Source: Octopus sinensis
Lineage: Eukaryota
NCBI RefSeq assembly: GCF_006345805.1
Contig: NC_043003.1
Coordinates: forward strand, 8,928,001 to 8,992,000
Reading direction: 5' to 3'
DNA: 64,000 nt
The notes beneath the pieces were generated by a model. It ran no database searches. It saw only the letters and a list, made by a program, of their open reading frames with translations, and was not told where the DNA came from. The first letter of the stretch is position 1, and each line of letters starts with the position of its first letter. Below are positions 48,361-59,739 of this stretch, piece by piece. The position numbers and the translations under genes are program-made.

Positions 48361-48725
48361 AATGGAAACAAAAAATGATAAAATTTAATAATTAGATAAT
48401 TTAATCATTAAATGATAAATTCAGTTCAATTTTGTTATTTCTATACAAACAAATGGCAATTCTAGTTACAGCTGTTTCCTCATCATTAAATGACAAATTT
48501 TTTTCCAAAAATAAAAAAAATATTTTAAAAACCTAATGAGGTTTCATCAAACGGACATAACTTTTTAATTTCTTGAAAAAAAATCCCCTGTTTTTTAATG
48601 ATTATGGAGACAGGTGTAACTAGAATTGTCATTTGTTTGTATAGAAATAACAAAATTAAACTGAATCCATCATTTAATGATTAACTTATTTAATTATTAA
48701 ATTTTATTATTTTTTTGTTTCCATT
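48361..48725. mobile_element. foldback palindrome (~130-bp arms)
   Basis: AATGGAAACAAAAAATGATAAAATTTAATAATT... / ...AATTATTAAATTTTATTATTTTTTTGTTTCCATT. Confidence 0.9.
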
Positions 48726-48865
48726 TCAAAATTTATAATAATATTTTGATAAACTGATTGTTTATTCTTTACCGATCTGAGGTTCATAACAATGTTATTT
48801 ATATAGGTAATAACCAGTACGTTCTTTGGATATTTAATATCCCTTACCTGGATATTTAACACTAG

Positions 48866-48928
<63 letters not shown>

Positions 48929-49112
48929 TATATATATGTATGTATGTATATATTATAATATAGATATACTATATATATATTATATATCTCTATGTATATA
49001 TATGTATGTATATATATATATGTATATATATGTATATATATATATATATATTATATATATATGTATGTAATATTATATATGTATGTATATATATATATAT
49101 ATGTATGTATAT

Positions 49113-49189
<77 letters not shown>

Positions 49190-49192
<3 letters not shown>

Positions 49193-49300
49193 CGGGCTTC
49201 TTTCAGTTTCCGTCTACCAAATACACTCACTTGCCTAAGTGACACTGAATGTGGAACCATGTGGTTGGTAGGAAGCCGCTTACCACACAGCCAAGCCAGT
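49190..49300 (-). mobile_element. SINE A 5' half
   Basis: GACGGGCTTCTTTCAG...TTACCACACAGCCA. Confidence 0.8.
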
Positions 49301-49343
49301 GCGCTTCGGATTATGTTTTCTACAAACGATATATATATATAAT

Positions 49344-49384
<41 letters not shown>

Positions 49385-49391
<7 letters not shown>

Positions 49392-49590
49392 ATGGAACAA
49401 GAACGCACAGACGGCTATAAAAGATCCAGACAGATAGACGATAGAAAGACGGACAGGAAAAAGTACACGGACGAGTCATTCGCAGCCTTCTCTCATCAGT
49501 CAAGTTTCCAGATCATCCTTACACTTTTGGCCGGTTACTCTTAAGACTGTTCAAATCTAGCTCGCCCCCAAAATATCTAAGCTATGCTAA
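49385..49590 (-). mobile_element. short TA-embedded repeat, related to 47641-47801
   Basis: See 47641-47801. Confidence 0.7.
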
Positions 49591-49740
49591 GCGCATAAAT
49601 TTTTTTTTTTGAGAAAGCAAGTGAATGCGTACAACAAAGACAAAATAAAAACTCTGAAAATGTTACACAATTACAAATACAACAAGAAAATAACAACAGG
49701 TGTCTTTCGAACAATAAAGACGAATCAAGTATATATATAG

Positions 49741-49891
49741 ACGCAGGAGTGGCTGTGTAGTAAGTAGGCATAGGAATGGCTGTGTGGTAAGTAGATTGCT
49801 TACCAACCACATGGTTCTGGGTTCACTCCTACAGCGTGGCACCTTGGGTAAGTGTCTTCTACTATAGCCTCGGGCCGGCCAAAGCCCGTCG

Positions 49892-49925
<34 letters not shown>

Positions 49926-49928
49926 ATA

Positions 49929-49972
<44 letters not shown>

Positions 49973-50168
49973 CTATGTTTGTCCCCCCAACTTCACTTAA
50001 CAACCAATGCTGGTGGTGTTTACGTCCCCGTAACATAGCGGTTCGGCGATAACCAGTATAATAAGTACTACGCTTACAAAGAATAAGTCCTGTAGTCGAT
50101 TTGATCGACTAAAGGCAGTGCTCCAGCATGGCTGCAGTCAAATGTCTGAAACAAGAGAATAAAAGAGT
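49741..50168 (+). mobile_element. SINE A with duplicated 5' head
   Basis: GCAGGAGTGGCTGTGTAGTAAGTA is followed by GGCATAGGAATGGCTGTGTGGTAAGTA. Confidence 0.88.
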
Positions 50169-51005
50169 ATATATATATAATCTGAAATGCTTATTCATGA
50201 AATTTTAGAATTCAACTTTATAAACTTTCGAAAAATACGCTTCTCTAATTCACGTCCTAATCGATGTTGATTGGAGTTATCTGACGATGAAGTTATTTGG
50301 ATCACTGCCGAAATTTCTTGATGGTTGTTGTACGTATTAGTAAGAGTACTATGTTTTAAACATAAGATCTACGTAAGATGATCGAGGTATGTTTGAACAG
50401 ATCAGCCTGGATAAGGGGATGAGTGTGATATGTACTCCACAAAGTTGCTCTCTCTTTCTCTGTTACGTAACTCTAGTTTGTCAGAGACAGGCAAAATTCG
50501 TCACACTGGACACTCGGAACATAAAGTGCCGGAATAAATACAGCAAAGCAATCATGCCGTCTAACACCGCGGAAGTGGATTGCACTTAAAGCGTTCAGCT
50601 GACCTCGGAGGATTTTGAACTTTATTCTTACAATTACTCGATCACACGCATAGCAGGCGCTCCGCGATAACGACGACTCTGGTTCGACCTCACCGCGTGG
50701 CATTTTTACGTAAGTCTCACGTGGGCAGACGGAAGTTGTATTGAAGCCATAGAAACTCGTTGGATGGTTATTACTTGCTATGTAATTCTAAAGTACAGTC
50801 ATTGTACCACGCTGATCCTGTTTGAGAATTTCGTTAAGAGTACACATGTCCTCGGATGTACCGAAAGATTGCCTTATTTGTATGTATGTGTGCATGCATG
50901 TATGTATGCGCGCATGTAAACACACATACGCACACATTCACAGACACACACATTGTCACTTCCTTATAGAAGAAGGCCATCTCTTCAATTTAATAAAGTT
51001 ATGAA

Positions 51006-51592
51006 CGACGAGCTGGCAGAATCGTTAGCCTGCCGGAGGAAATGCGTAGCCGTATTTCGTCAGCCGTTACGTTCTGAGTTTAAATTTCGCCAAGGTCGAC
51101 TTTGCTTTTCATCCTTTCGGGGTCGATTAAATAAATATCAGTTACGCACTGGGGGTCGATATGATCGACTTAATCCATTTGTCTGTCCTTGTTTGTCCTC
51201 TCTGTGTTTATCCCCTTGTGGGTAGTAAAGAAATAAGTATTTCGTCTGCTGCTACGTTCTGAGTTCAAATTCTGCTGAGATCGACTTTGCCTTTCATCCT
51301 TTCGGGGTCGATAAATTAAGTACCAGTGACGCACTGGGGTCGATATATTATCGACTTAATCCGTTTGTCTGTCCTTGTTTGTCCCCTCTGTGTTTAGCCC
51401 CTTGTGGGTAATAAAGAAATAGGTATTTCGTCTGCCGGTACGTTCTGAGTTCAAATTTTGCCGAGGTGGACTTTGCCTTTCATCCTTTCGGGGTCGATAA
51501 ATTAAGTACCAGTTGCGTACTGGAGTCGATCTAATCGACTGTCCCCCCACTCTCCCAAAATTTCGGGCCTTGTGCCTAGAGTAGAAAAGAAT
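51006..51592 (+). mobile_element. SINE B, 3-unit concatemer ending in the alternative tail
   Basis: Units restart at 51052, 51237 and 51423. Confidence 0.93.
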
Positions 51593-51596
51593 AAAT

Positions 51597-51900
51597 ACTG
51601 TCATGAGATCTTATATGACTAGCAAGTCCTGCTCTTGACAAACAAACTCTACTGCAGATCTTACAAATATCTTAAAGCAGAAAAGTATCTGAGATTGTAG
51701 TTAAGTCCCGTCTACGAAATACTCATTTCAAGACAGATTCTTCAATTCTTCGAGCTTCAAATGCTTTACATCTATTGGAGATCATTTGTTTCCAAACCGA
51801 TCGATCTTGCGTCATCTGCTCCCAGTCTTCAACTTTCACATTAAGAGCCTTAAGGTTGCTTTTGACAGCATCCCTAAAACGTTTTAAGTTTATGTCTCGG
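51597..51900 (-). pseudogene. RTE-clade LINE ORF2 C-terminal fragment
   Basis: LKRFRDAVKSNLKALNVKVEDWEQMTQDRSVWKQMI..., then after stops/frameshift CKICSRVCLSRAGLASHIRSH (terminal C2H2-type finger typical of RTE-BovB-like ORF2). Confidence 0.85.
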
Positions 51901-51984
51901 ACATACATACATACATACATACATACATACATACATACATCAATCGCTATGATAGATCGGTAGCCACCACACACATTTTTTCTC

Positions 51985-52110
51985 TCTCCTTGTTTTTTTC
52001 TGTGTCCCTTTCTGTAGAAGAGCGTAGGTTCGAAACCTAAAAGACTTTTTCTATTCCTGAGCGTTATACTAATACATCTGTTTGTTTTGTACTCCCCCTA
52101 TCTTCGTAAA
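51985..52110 (+). mobile_element. short repeat with hammerhead-like motif
   Basis: CTTT-CTGTAGA-A-GAGC(gtag)GTTC-GAAAC-CTA-AAAG at 52008-52043. Stems I and II pair, core is altered. Confidence 0.5.
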
Positions 52111-52845
52111 CTCTCCATACATATACATACATACATACATACATACAATCACACATTCACATGCACAATTTTTTTTAAACGAAAACAATTTGTGACACTT
52201 TTCCTGCTTACGCGGCACATTTACCCCTTTGGCATTCCTTCCTTCCAGCCACAATAAAAGTACTAAGCAGTGGCACATTTACTGTGGTGGGAATAAAGTT
52301 TTTAGCATATTTGAAAGGTGCGTGGCCTGGAGGTTAGCGTATTAGCTTCCCGATCATAAGATGATGGGTTCGAATTCTGCATTTTCCGTTGCTCTTGTCT
52401 TCTCGTCTCCTCACCTGTAACTGACCAGCCTTTTTGAGCATTACTACAAATGTGGATTAATTTTGATATTAACACCCGCACGATTTTCACTTAGGAAAAA
52501 AAAAATTACGGAAGACTAGCTAGAGTCACGTGGAGATGAAATGGTTGTACTTCGACCGGGAGCTCCAAGACTGGAATAGTTTAGCCCTTTTCCTCTAAGT
52601 TAAGACGATTACATATATATATATTCTTGGTAGTCTTCTGTGCGGGAGTTAATATCAAAATTTAACCAAATGTGTGCCCTTCCTCTTCACTTTGTTTCCT
52701 CATAACGTAAACTTCAGATGGTGTAAATTCTGATTATATCGTGTGTGTGTGTGTGTGAAAGTGGCGAATAATTATAGACAGAACCCCCCTCCCCAAGTGT
52801 CTTTTCCATATAAACGTCGCCCGGGTGGGTGGGGGTTGCAGCATT

Positions 52846-53720
52846 CTATACTAGTATGTCCTCCCACCCGACTTAGTTTTCTCATAACTTTCAGAAAAAT
52901 GAATATTTTTTCAAAGAAATTTTCTACAAATAAGCTTCAGATTCCGATTCTAACAGAATCTATGATTTGTTTTTTTTTGCAAGTGTAGGGGACATGACCT
53001 TCGGAAAATTCACACGAATCTGCGTTGTTTCCTCAACCTTCAGGAAAATAAGCAGTTTCTAAATGCAATTTTTCTACCAATACTTTTCAGCTGGTGTAGA
53101 ATTACGATTGTATCGGAATGTAATATGGGTGGTTTGGGGTGCGAATTATGGACTCGTACACATACACACTGACGCAGATCACATATCTGCAAAACGAAAT
53201 TTGAAATTTCGAAAATAAAATTGTAATGTGTGTCAATATGTGTGTGTGTGTGCTCACCTTTTTATCTATATTCGTCATTTATACACTCTGAAAGATAGTT
53301 GTACAAATTTAGAAAAAAAAACCCCTATTTTTTTCCAAAAAGTTATGCAGAAACGAAGACGATTCAGGTGAATTTTCGGAAAGGCATAACTTCGGTATAA
53401 GTACCGGAAGTACCGGATACATTTCAAGAAAGTGTTTTTTTTTATATATGGGGTGGGGGTTAGGGTTAGGGTTTGTGTTAGGGATGGGAGAAAAGGGTTT
53501 CTGTTATCTTCAGAAATGTAAACAAAGTCACGTGTGTACTTATACCAAAGGATCCCCATCGCCTTCGGAAACCCTACATTCCGACAAAAGTTTCACAACA
53601 AATTCCGGTATAACCGGAATCTACATCATCGAAATGTACTTGTAGAAAATTTCATTAAAAAGTATCCATTTTTCTTAAAGTTATGAGAAAACAAAATCGG
53701 GTGGGTGGCATCCTTGTATG
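52846..53720. mobile_element. nested-inverted-repeat foldback element
   Basis: Outer arms 52857-52985 / 53590-53710. Inner arms ~52990-53110 / ~53270-53395. Confidence 0.8.
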
Positions 53721-53876
53721 ACCAGACGGCCGTCATCTCTACACCGACGTCACTGGCTTTCAGACAGTCTTTGACCTCAGTATTGCGGCCTGTAGACGGC
53801 ATTCATTCATTTAGTGCGATTCAATTTTATTGTCAAATGTAGCGCATCTTTGAAAAGACTATACAATGTATCATTC

Positions 53877-54493
53877 AACTAGCAGTATAGCCCGGCGTTG
53901 CTCGCGTTTGTTTTCTTTTCGACTCTATAGAATTGGAATTTTTGAAAAGTAAAAATTATGCATTATGTATCTTGTTATTCTCTGTAAGTGAACATTTTCT
54001 GGTTGAAATACACCGAAAAATAGCGATACAGCAGTAAAAAAAATCGTAAAAAATCGGGATTTTCAATAGAAAAAAAGCACCTTTTTGACGTAAATAATTT
54101 TAGGTCTTAACATGGTCTGATTTGAATTTTTTCTTCTACGGAATGAAGAGCAAGCCTTCTTCTATCATACTCTCAATTTTGGTCAACTTGCGCCGCAGGA
54201 TCTCGGAGGGGATAGTGTTAGCTGAAGGCTACCAAACTGCCATACACAGACAACTTCAGCTTTATATATATATATATATATATGTAGGTCCCGGTTGAGT
54301 CGGGTTAACCACAGTAAATAAGTACTTCAATCACTAGCAGAGTAATAATTTATTTTATAGAAGGAGCTTCTACAGGACTAGAACTTTTATTCAAAGAAAT
54401 CATCAGAGCTTCCTGATGATTTCTTTTGAATGAAACAGTTCTAGTCCTGTAGAAGCTCCTTCTATAAAATAAATATATTATATATATATAGAT
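53877..54493 (+). mobile_element. Helentron/HINE-like element with palindrome inserted in its TA tail
   Basis: Same family as 33238-33640. The tail resumes as TATATAGAT at ~54485-54493. Confidence 0.75.
54348..54474. repeat. near-perfect 127-bp palindrome containing CTGATGA...GAAAC
   Basis: Arms ATTTATTTTATAGAAGGAGCTTCTACAGGACTAGAAC...AAATCATCAG / CTGATGATTT..., with a 6-nt loop. Confidence 0.92.
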
Positions 54494-54842
54494 GTAAGCG
54501 CATCTTTGAAAAGACTATACGATGTATCATTCCATGTTTAAGGCGGTAGGGAGTTCTTTGAAAGAAAATTAGTTGCTATTTCTAGCAGAACACAGGACCA
54601 AATAAAAGGCTCGCCCTTGTTGGCTCATATGTTACGTTGTTGCAGATAGAGCTTTGTAAACAAAGGGAAGTAACTACAAGTGACTATGCTAAGCAACACA
54701 GGTGAATCGAGGTTGTTTCGTTGAATGATGCCATGTGGCGCTGAGAAATGGGCGGGTACGCGTGGCAATGTTTGTGTGTGTGTGTTATGCTTACGTGTGT
54801 AATTGATGTAAGTGGCGTACATGGGTAGGATCTTACAATTGT

Positions 54843-54885
54843 GTGTCTACTACTACTACTACTTCTACTACCACCACCACAATCG

Positions 54886-54955
<70 letters not shown>

Positions 54956-55056
54956 CACTACTACTACCATCACCACCACCACTACTACTACTAATACTAC
55001 CATCATCACTACCACTGTTATTATCATTATTATTATCATTATTATTATTATTATTG
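54843..55056. repeat. (CTA)/(CCA)/(TTA) trinucleotide tract
   Basis: Direct reading. Confidence 0.95.
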
Positions 55057-55429
55057 TTTGTGTGTTTGTGTGAATTTTAGAAATTAGACGTATCTGGTTA
55101 TACAAGGTTTTTCTGTTAAATGTGGGGAAGAAAAAAAAAAAAAAAAATGTACTCTGCGACGTAGCATTCGGTCGAGTGTATGTGTGTGTGTGTGTGTGTC
55201 TGTGTGTTTAACGTATTGAAAAAAAACCAGCAAAAATCTTCGTCTATTCTATTCTCCTTTCATTCATTGCAGGGCAGTCGTGGTAGGCGACTGTTTCGAA
55301 GGGTTCTTATCGATCTCAGTACTTATTTTATTGAATATATTTGCCGAATCGCTATGTCCACGAGTCAAATGTAATTAAACAACGTAAATACATACATGCG
55401 CGCACACACACACACACTATCCGTTATTT

Positions 55430-55925
55430 TGTTTTAGTCATTAGACTGCTGCCATGCTGGGGCAACGCTGTGAAGGCTTTTGGTTGAATAAATTTGGTAT
55501 TTATTCTATCGGACTCTTGCCGACGCTAGCTTTACGGGGACGTAAACAAAACAACACCGGTTGTCAAACTGTGGGGCGTCTCTACTGCCCCTCACTCCAG
55601 CTACGCTGAATCCGAGGTGCTGCGCAGTAGAACGGAACCTCCAACCACTTGGTTGCAAAATGAATTTCTTAAACCACGAACGTTCGTAGTTTCTTGTTTA
55701 CCAAATGTCCAGGGTGATGTCATTAGATTGCGGCTATAGTGGGGCACCGGCTTGGAGAATTTTTTAGTCGATTGAATCGACCCCAGGGTGTATTTTTTAA
55801 AAAGCCCGTTACTTATTCTATCGGTCTCTTTTACGGACCCGCCAAGTTACGGGGACGTAAACACACCAACATCCGTTGCCAAGCAGTGGTAGAGGCCACA
55901 CACACAAAAACGAATATATACATAA

Positions 55926-55958
<33 letters not shown>

Positions 55959-56130
55959 CCCTAAATTTTGGATACATATATATACACGACGGACTTCTTT
56001 CAGTTTCCGTCTACCAAATCTACTCAGAAGGCTTTGGTCGGTACTTGCCCGAGGTGTCACGCAGAGGTATTGAACCCGGCACCTTGTGGTTGGGAAGCAA
56101 AACTTCTTTCCACAAAGCCACGCCTGCGTC
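55430..56130 (-). mobile_element. two old SINE A copies
   Basis: ~55430-55680 and ~55725-56130. Diverged but CpG-retaining. Confidence 0.75.
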
Positions 56131-56407
56131 TATGTTGAGAAACGTGTCTTATTTTGTGTGAGCGAGATTGAGAATGGATCGGTATTTATGTGGGTGGAAG
56201 ATAGACGAGTGATGAGTATGCATTATTTAAAGAATAACGAAAACATTGAGTGGAGTATGTGCGTGCGGAACAGTAATTGCCTGCGTGTGCGGAACAGTAA
56301 TTGCCTGTGTGTGTTTGTGTGTGTGTGTGTGAGAAAGACAGAAAGAAAGAGAGAGAGAGTGTGTGTGTGGGGGAGAAATAACAGAGATTAAGAAATAATA
56401 ATAATAA

Positions 56408-56850
56408 TTTCAGTTAATGTAAACATTAACTATAATTTCTTTTATTAGCCACGAGGGGCCACCACGAGGACAGACAACAATGCGTAGGGGTCTACAGAAA
56501 GGACAGGGAGAAAAAAAAATGGAAAACTCTGGAATGTGATAAAAATACACGTATTTAATAAACAAGGATGATGCAATCGTCCTGGTACAGGAAAACACAT
56601 CAACTAGGCCCAATCATGGAACCCCACAGATCCAGGATTAACTTGCTCACCACAGGTACGAGCTCTAGGGTCATAATGATTTCTATTATTGGTACAGTGC
56701 CTGAAATTTTTTTTTTTGGTGGGGGGGGGGTGTTTCGATTGGTACTTAATTTATTGACCCCGAAAGGATAAAAAGTAAAGTCGGTCTCGGCAGAACTTGA
56801 ACGTAGAAGATAAGGACGAGCGAAATGCCGCGAAATATTGTGTCCCGTGC
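56408..56850 (-). mobile_element. old SINE B split by an unrelated insert
   Basis: Tail at ~56408-56480, body/head at ~56720-56850. Confidence 0.55.
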
Positions 56851-57224
56851 GCAGTTAATGAGTGTCATAAGACTGCTGCCATGCTGGAGCAACGTCTGTC
56901 ATCTCGCCACCTTGAGAATAATAATATTAAAAGAAAAAAAAAATCTGGAGCGATAAAAATCGAAGACGAGAGAGAAAAAGGGAATACAATAGGAATGACG
57001 AAGCAGTTAATGGCGCACACCCGTACACACTTGGCCACGCACTCTTTAGACGGGTAAAGCTAGTTCATAAAATGAATGAATTTCTTTGCTCCTCGGTGGT
57101 CTGCAATGTTGTTCTCGTTTACACGTTTCGGTTTTCAGTTCAGACAGTTCACGTGTAAGATTGTCACAGACGTGACGGAGCAGATTGAGAAAATAAAGGG
57201 GGACATAGTTTATATATATATACA

Positions 57225-57441
57225 CTCAATATAAAATAGTGTACATTTATACACAAGAGAAAATTGCCTTTGGCAGGTAATTTTTACACGCTAGAAGAAG
57301 CAGTCAAAACGACCAAAACCACATTTAAGAGCAATTTTCGAATGTGACTTTGGTCGTTTTGACTGCTTCTTCTAGCGTGTAAAAATTACCTGTTGAAGGT
57401 AGTTTTCTCTTGTGTTTAAATGTATAATATTTTATATTGAG
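57225..57441. repeat. palindrome, ~100-bp arms, 15-nt loop
   Basis: CTCAATATAAAATA...GACCAAAACCACATT / AATGTGACTTTGGTC...TATTTTATATTGAG. Confidence 0.92.
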
Positions 57442-57642
57442 AATATGTTGTCTATTGACTTTTGATACATGCTAGGCCACTGGTGGCGAAATTTATAAAA
57501 ATATTCGCCATGACATTTATATATATTTAAAACTTGGCGCCAGGGTTCGTGTTACGCTGAAAACGGGTGGTGTGTGTATTCTTTACCACCGCCTATATAA
57601 ATTAAGGTGGGTGACTAGACGCAATTTAAAGCCAAAAAGGAA

Positions 57643-57811
57643 ATAATTCATCATCATTAAAATGCGACGAAGGGTGCAGGGAGCACCAGAATTGCTAGAA
57701 ATAAGAGTGAAAGGACTCTAGCTTCTGTGGCTAAAAAGTTCTTTGACTCTTATTTCTAGTAATGTTAGCGCTCCCTGCACCTTTTGTCACATTCTAGTGA
57801 CGGTGAATTAT
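57643..57811. repeat. palindrome, ~80-bp arms, 7-nt loop
   Basis: ATAATTCA...GGTGCAGGGAGC...CTAGAAATAAGAGT...TAGC / GCTA...ACTCTTATTTCTAG...GCTCCCTGCACC...TGAATTAT. Confidence 0.9.
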
Positions 57812-57825
57812 ATATAGATTGTAGT

Positions 57826-58056
57826 ACCGTTGCCAGTGCCGCCAGACTGGCCCTTGTGCCGGTTGCACGTAAAAGCACCCACTATACTCTCGGAGTGGTT
57901 GGCGTTAGGAAGGGCATCCGGCTGTAGAAACTCTGCCAGATCAAGACTGGAGCCTGGTGCAGCCATCTGGTTCGCCAGTCCTCAGTGAAATCGTCCAACC
58001 CATGCTAGCATGGAAAGCGGACGTTAAACGATGATGATAGTGATGATGATGATGAT
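57826..58056 (+). mobile_element. family C, young
   Basis: Near-consensus. Confidence 0.92.
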
Positions 58057-58349
58057 ATAAGGTACAGTTTAGACAAGCGATGACTGGTGGAACTTCGAAG
58101 TCACTCTGGTGGCAAATGAGTGAATTTGCGAGGGAGGAGAGAGAAGCATGTTGTTAGACCTGAACGAAAGAGCAATGAATGAATAGAGAGGGGGGGGGGA
58201 AGAGTCGTCGGCTGTCGATGAAATCAGAACTAGTGAAGTACTGAGGATCGATACGATCCATCATACCCTACTCTACTCTATCCTGCCCAGAATTTATGAT
58301 CTTTATTACCAATAACATTAGTATTAATAGTGGTAATACGATATAATAA

Positions 58350-58610
58350 TAGTTAAGCGCAGCCCGCTGGAGCAGGCCAATAATAACTGGCGTAAAGCCA
58401 AATCTGTAATCGATAGCAGATCGGGTTCTCTAGCAAAGTTCGTCTCTAGTCGGGCCTTTCCTTATGGGGCACGTTGCCCTGAAACATTTCTGTAGCTCAT
58501 TTTTTTTTTTTTAGCTGTGGTGGGTGGGAGTTCATAGGAGTGGCTGCTATATTTAAGTAAGGCAAGCACTTGAATCTCTCGCTCCATGTTTGCTGTCGGT
58601 GCTGGTAAGC
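58350..58610 (+). promoter_or_regulatory. candidate promoter/first exon of a plus-strand gene
   Basis: CpG-rich unique stretch, CCAAT 58377-58381, ATG at 58586 and CTG|GTAAGC donor at 58604/58605. CpG depletion begins just downstream. Confidence 0.35.
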
Positions 58611-58969
58611 GTTAGCTGTGTGTTTAAAGTAGAGGGAAGGGCATGGAAGAGTTTCTCTTAGTATAGACGGTGATGGTAAGGGCCGGTGGTGGTGGTGGTG
58701 GTGTTAGTGTGTTAGTAGTGGCAATGGTCATGATTTGATGGTTATTTTAAGAGGAAGTATATAGTAAGGATGGAGCTGCTGGGAGAGAGGGGAATACCGA
58801 CTAATTATAACCACCTCCGACCCTCACAAAACAAAACCAACCAGAATTTAAGGCAGGGGGAGAGTAATTATATATATATATATGCACACGTAAATATTTG
58901 GGTGTATATATTATGATATGCATACACGCACTCACACACATTACTATACACATACACAGATGTGCGTGA

Positions 58970-59006
<37 letters not shown>

Positions 59007-59387
59007 TTCGTGTGTATATATATATATAGAAAGAGAAAGAGAGAGAGAGAGGGGGGAGGGAGGGAGGGGTGAAGAAAGAACGAGGGCGTTGTGGTGGGGT
59101 GGGAGAATGGTGGCTGAGGAAGTTGGCGTGGGTGTATTGAGGAAAAGAAGGGCTTGAAATAAATGAGGACTGTAATGAAAGGGAGTGTTTCTGTTGCTCT
59201 GTGTGTGTGTGTGTGTGTGTGTGTATGTGAGTGTGCGTGTGTGTTTGTGTTTATGTACACACCCTTCTGCATACATATGTTGGTGTCTGTGTCTAGAAAA
59301 TGTGAGAACATGAATGGAATGTGCCATGTTTGAGTGGGAACGAGAGTGAGTGAATGGATTAGTGTGTCTCTATGTGCTGGCTCCAAC

Positions 59388-59424
<37 letters not shown>

Positions 59425-59739
59425 GGAGAGAAATAGATAGATAGATAGAGTGAGAGAGAGGGAGGGAGAAAGACAGAGAAAGAATGTCAGAGGGCGAGAG
59501 AATTCCTCTGTTTCTGTTTGAGAAAGATTGGTAAGAAGTGAGAAAGAAATGTGATTGAGAAATGGTAAACTTCTCTGGCATTCAGTGAGAATCTCTTATA
59601 TATGGGTCACACTGTGTCTGGTTGTTGTCGTTGTTGCTTGACCTGGGGGTCAGCCCTGACAGAAAGGGTCTTTTATCAAAGGCATAAAGACATTCCACCC
59701 TTCCATATCTTTTTTTTTTTGTTTTCTTGTATTTCCTTC

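Larger units (their letters stand above)
47460..49400. repeat. cluster of long (TA)n tracts with short nested inserts
   Basis: (TA)n at ~47560-47640, 47800-47860, 48010-48085, 48870-49190 and 49320-49390. Confidence 0.95.
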
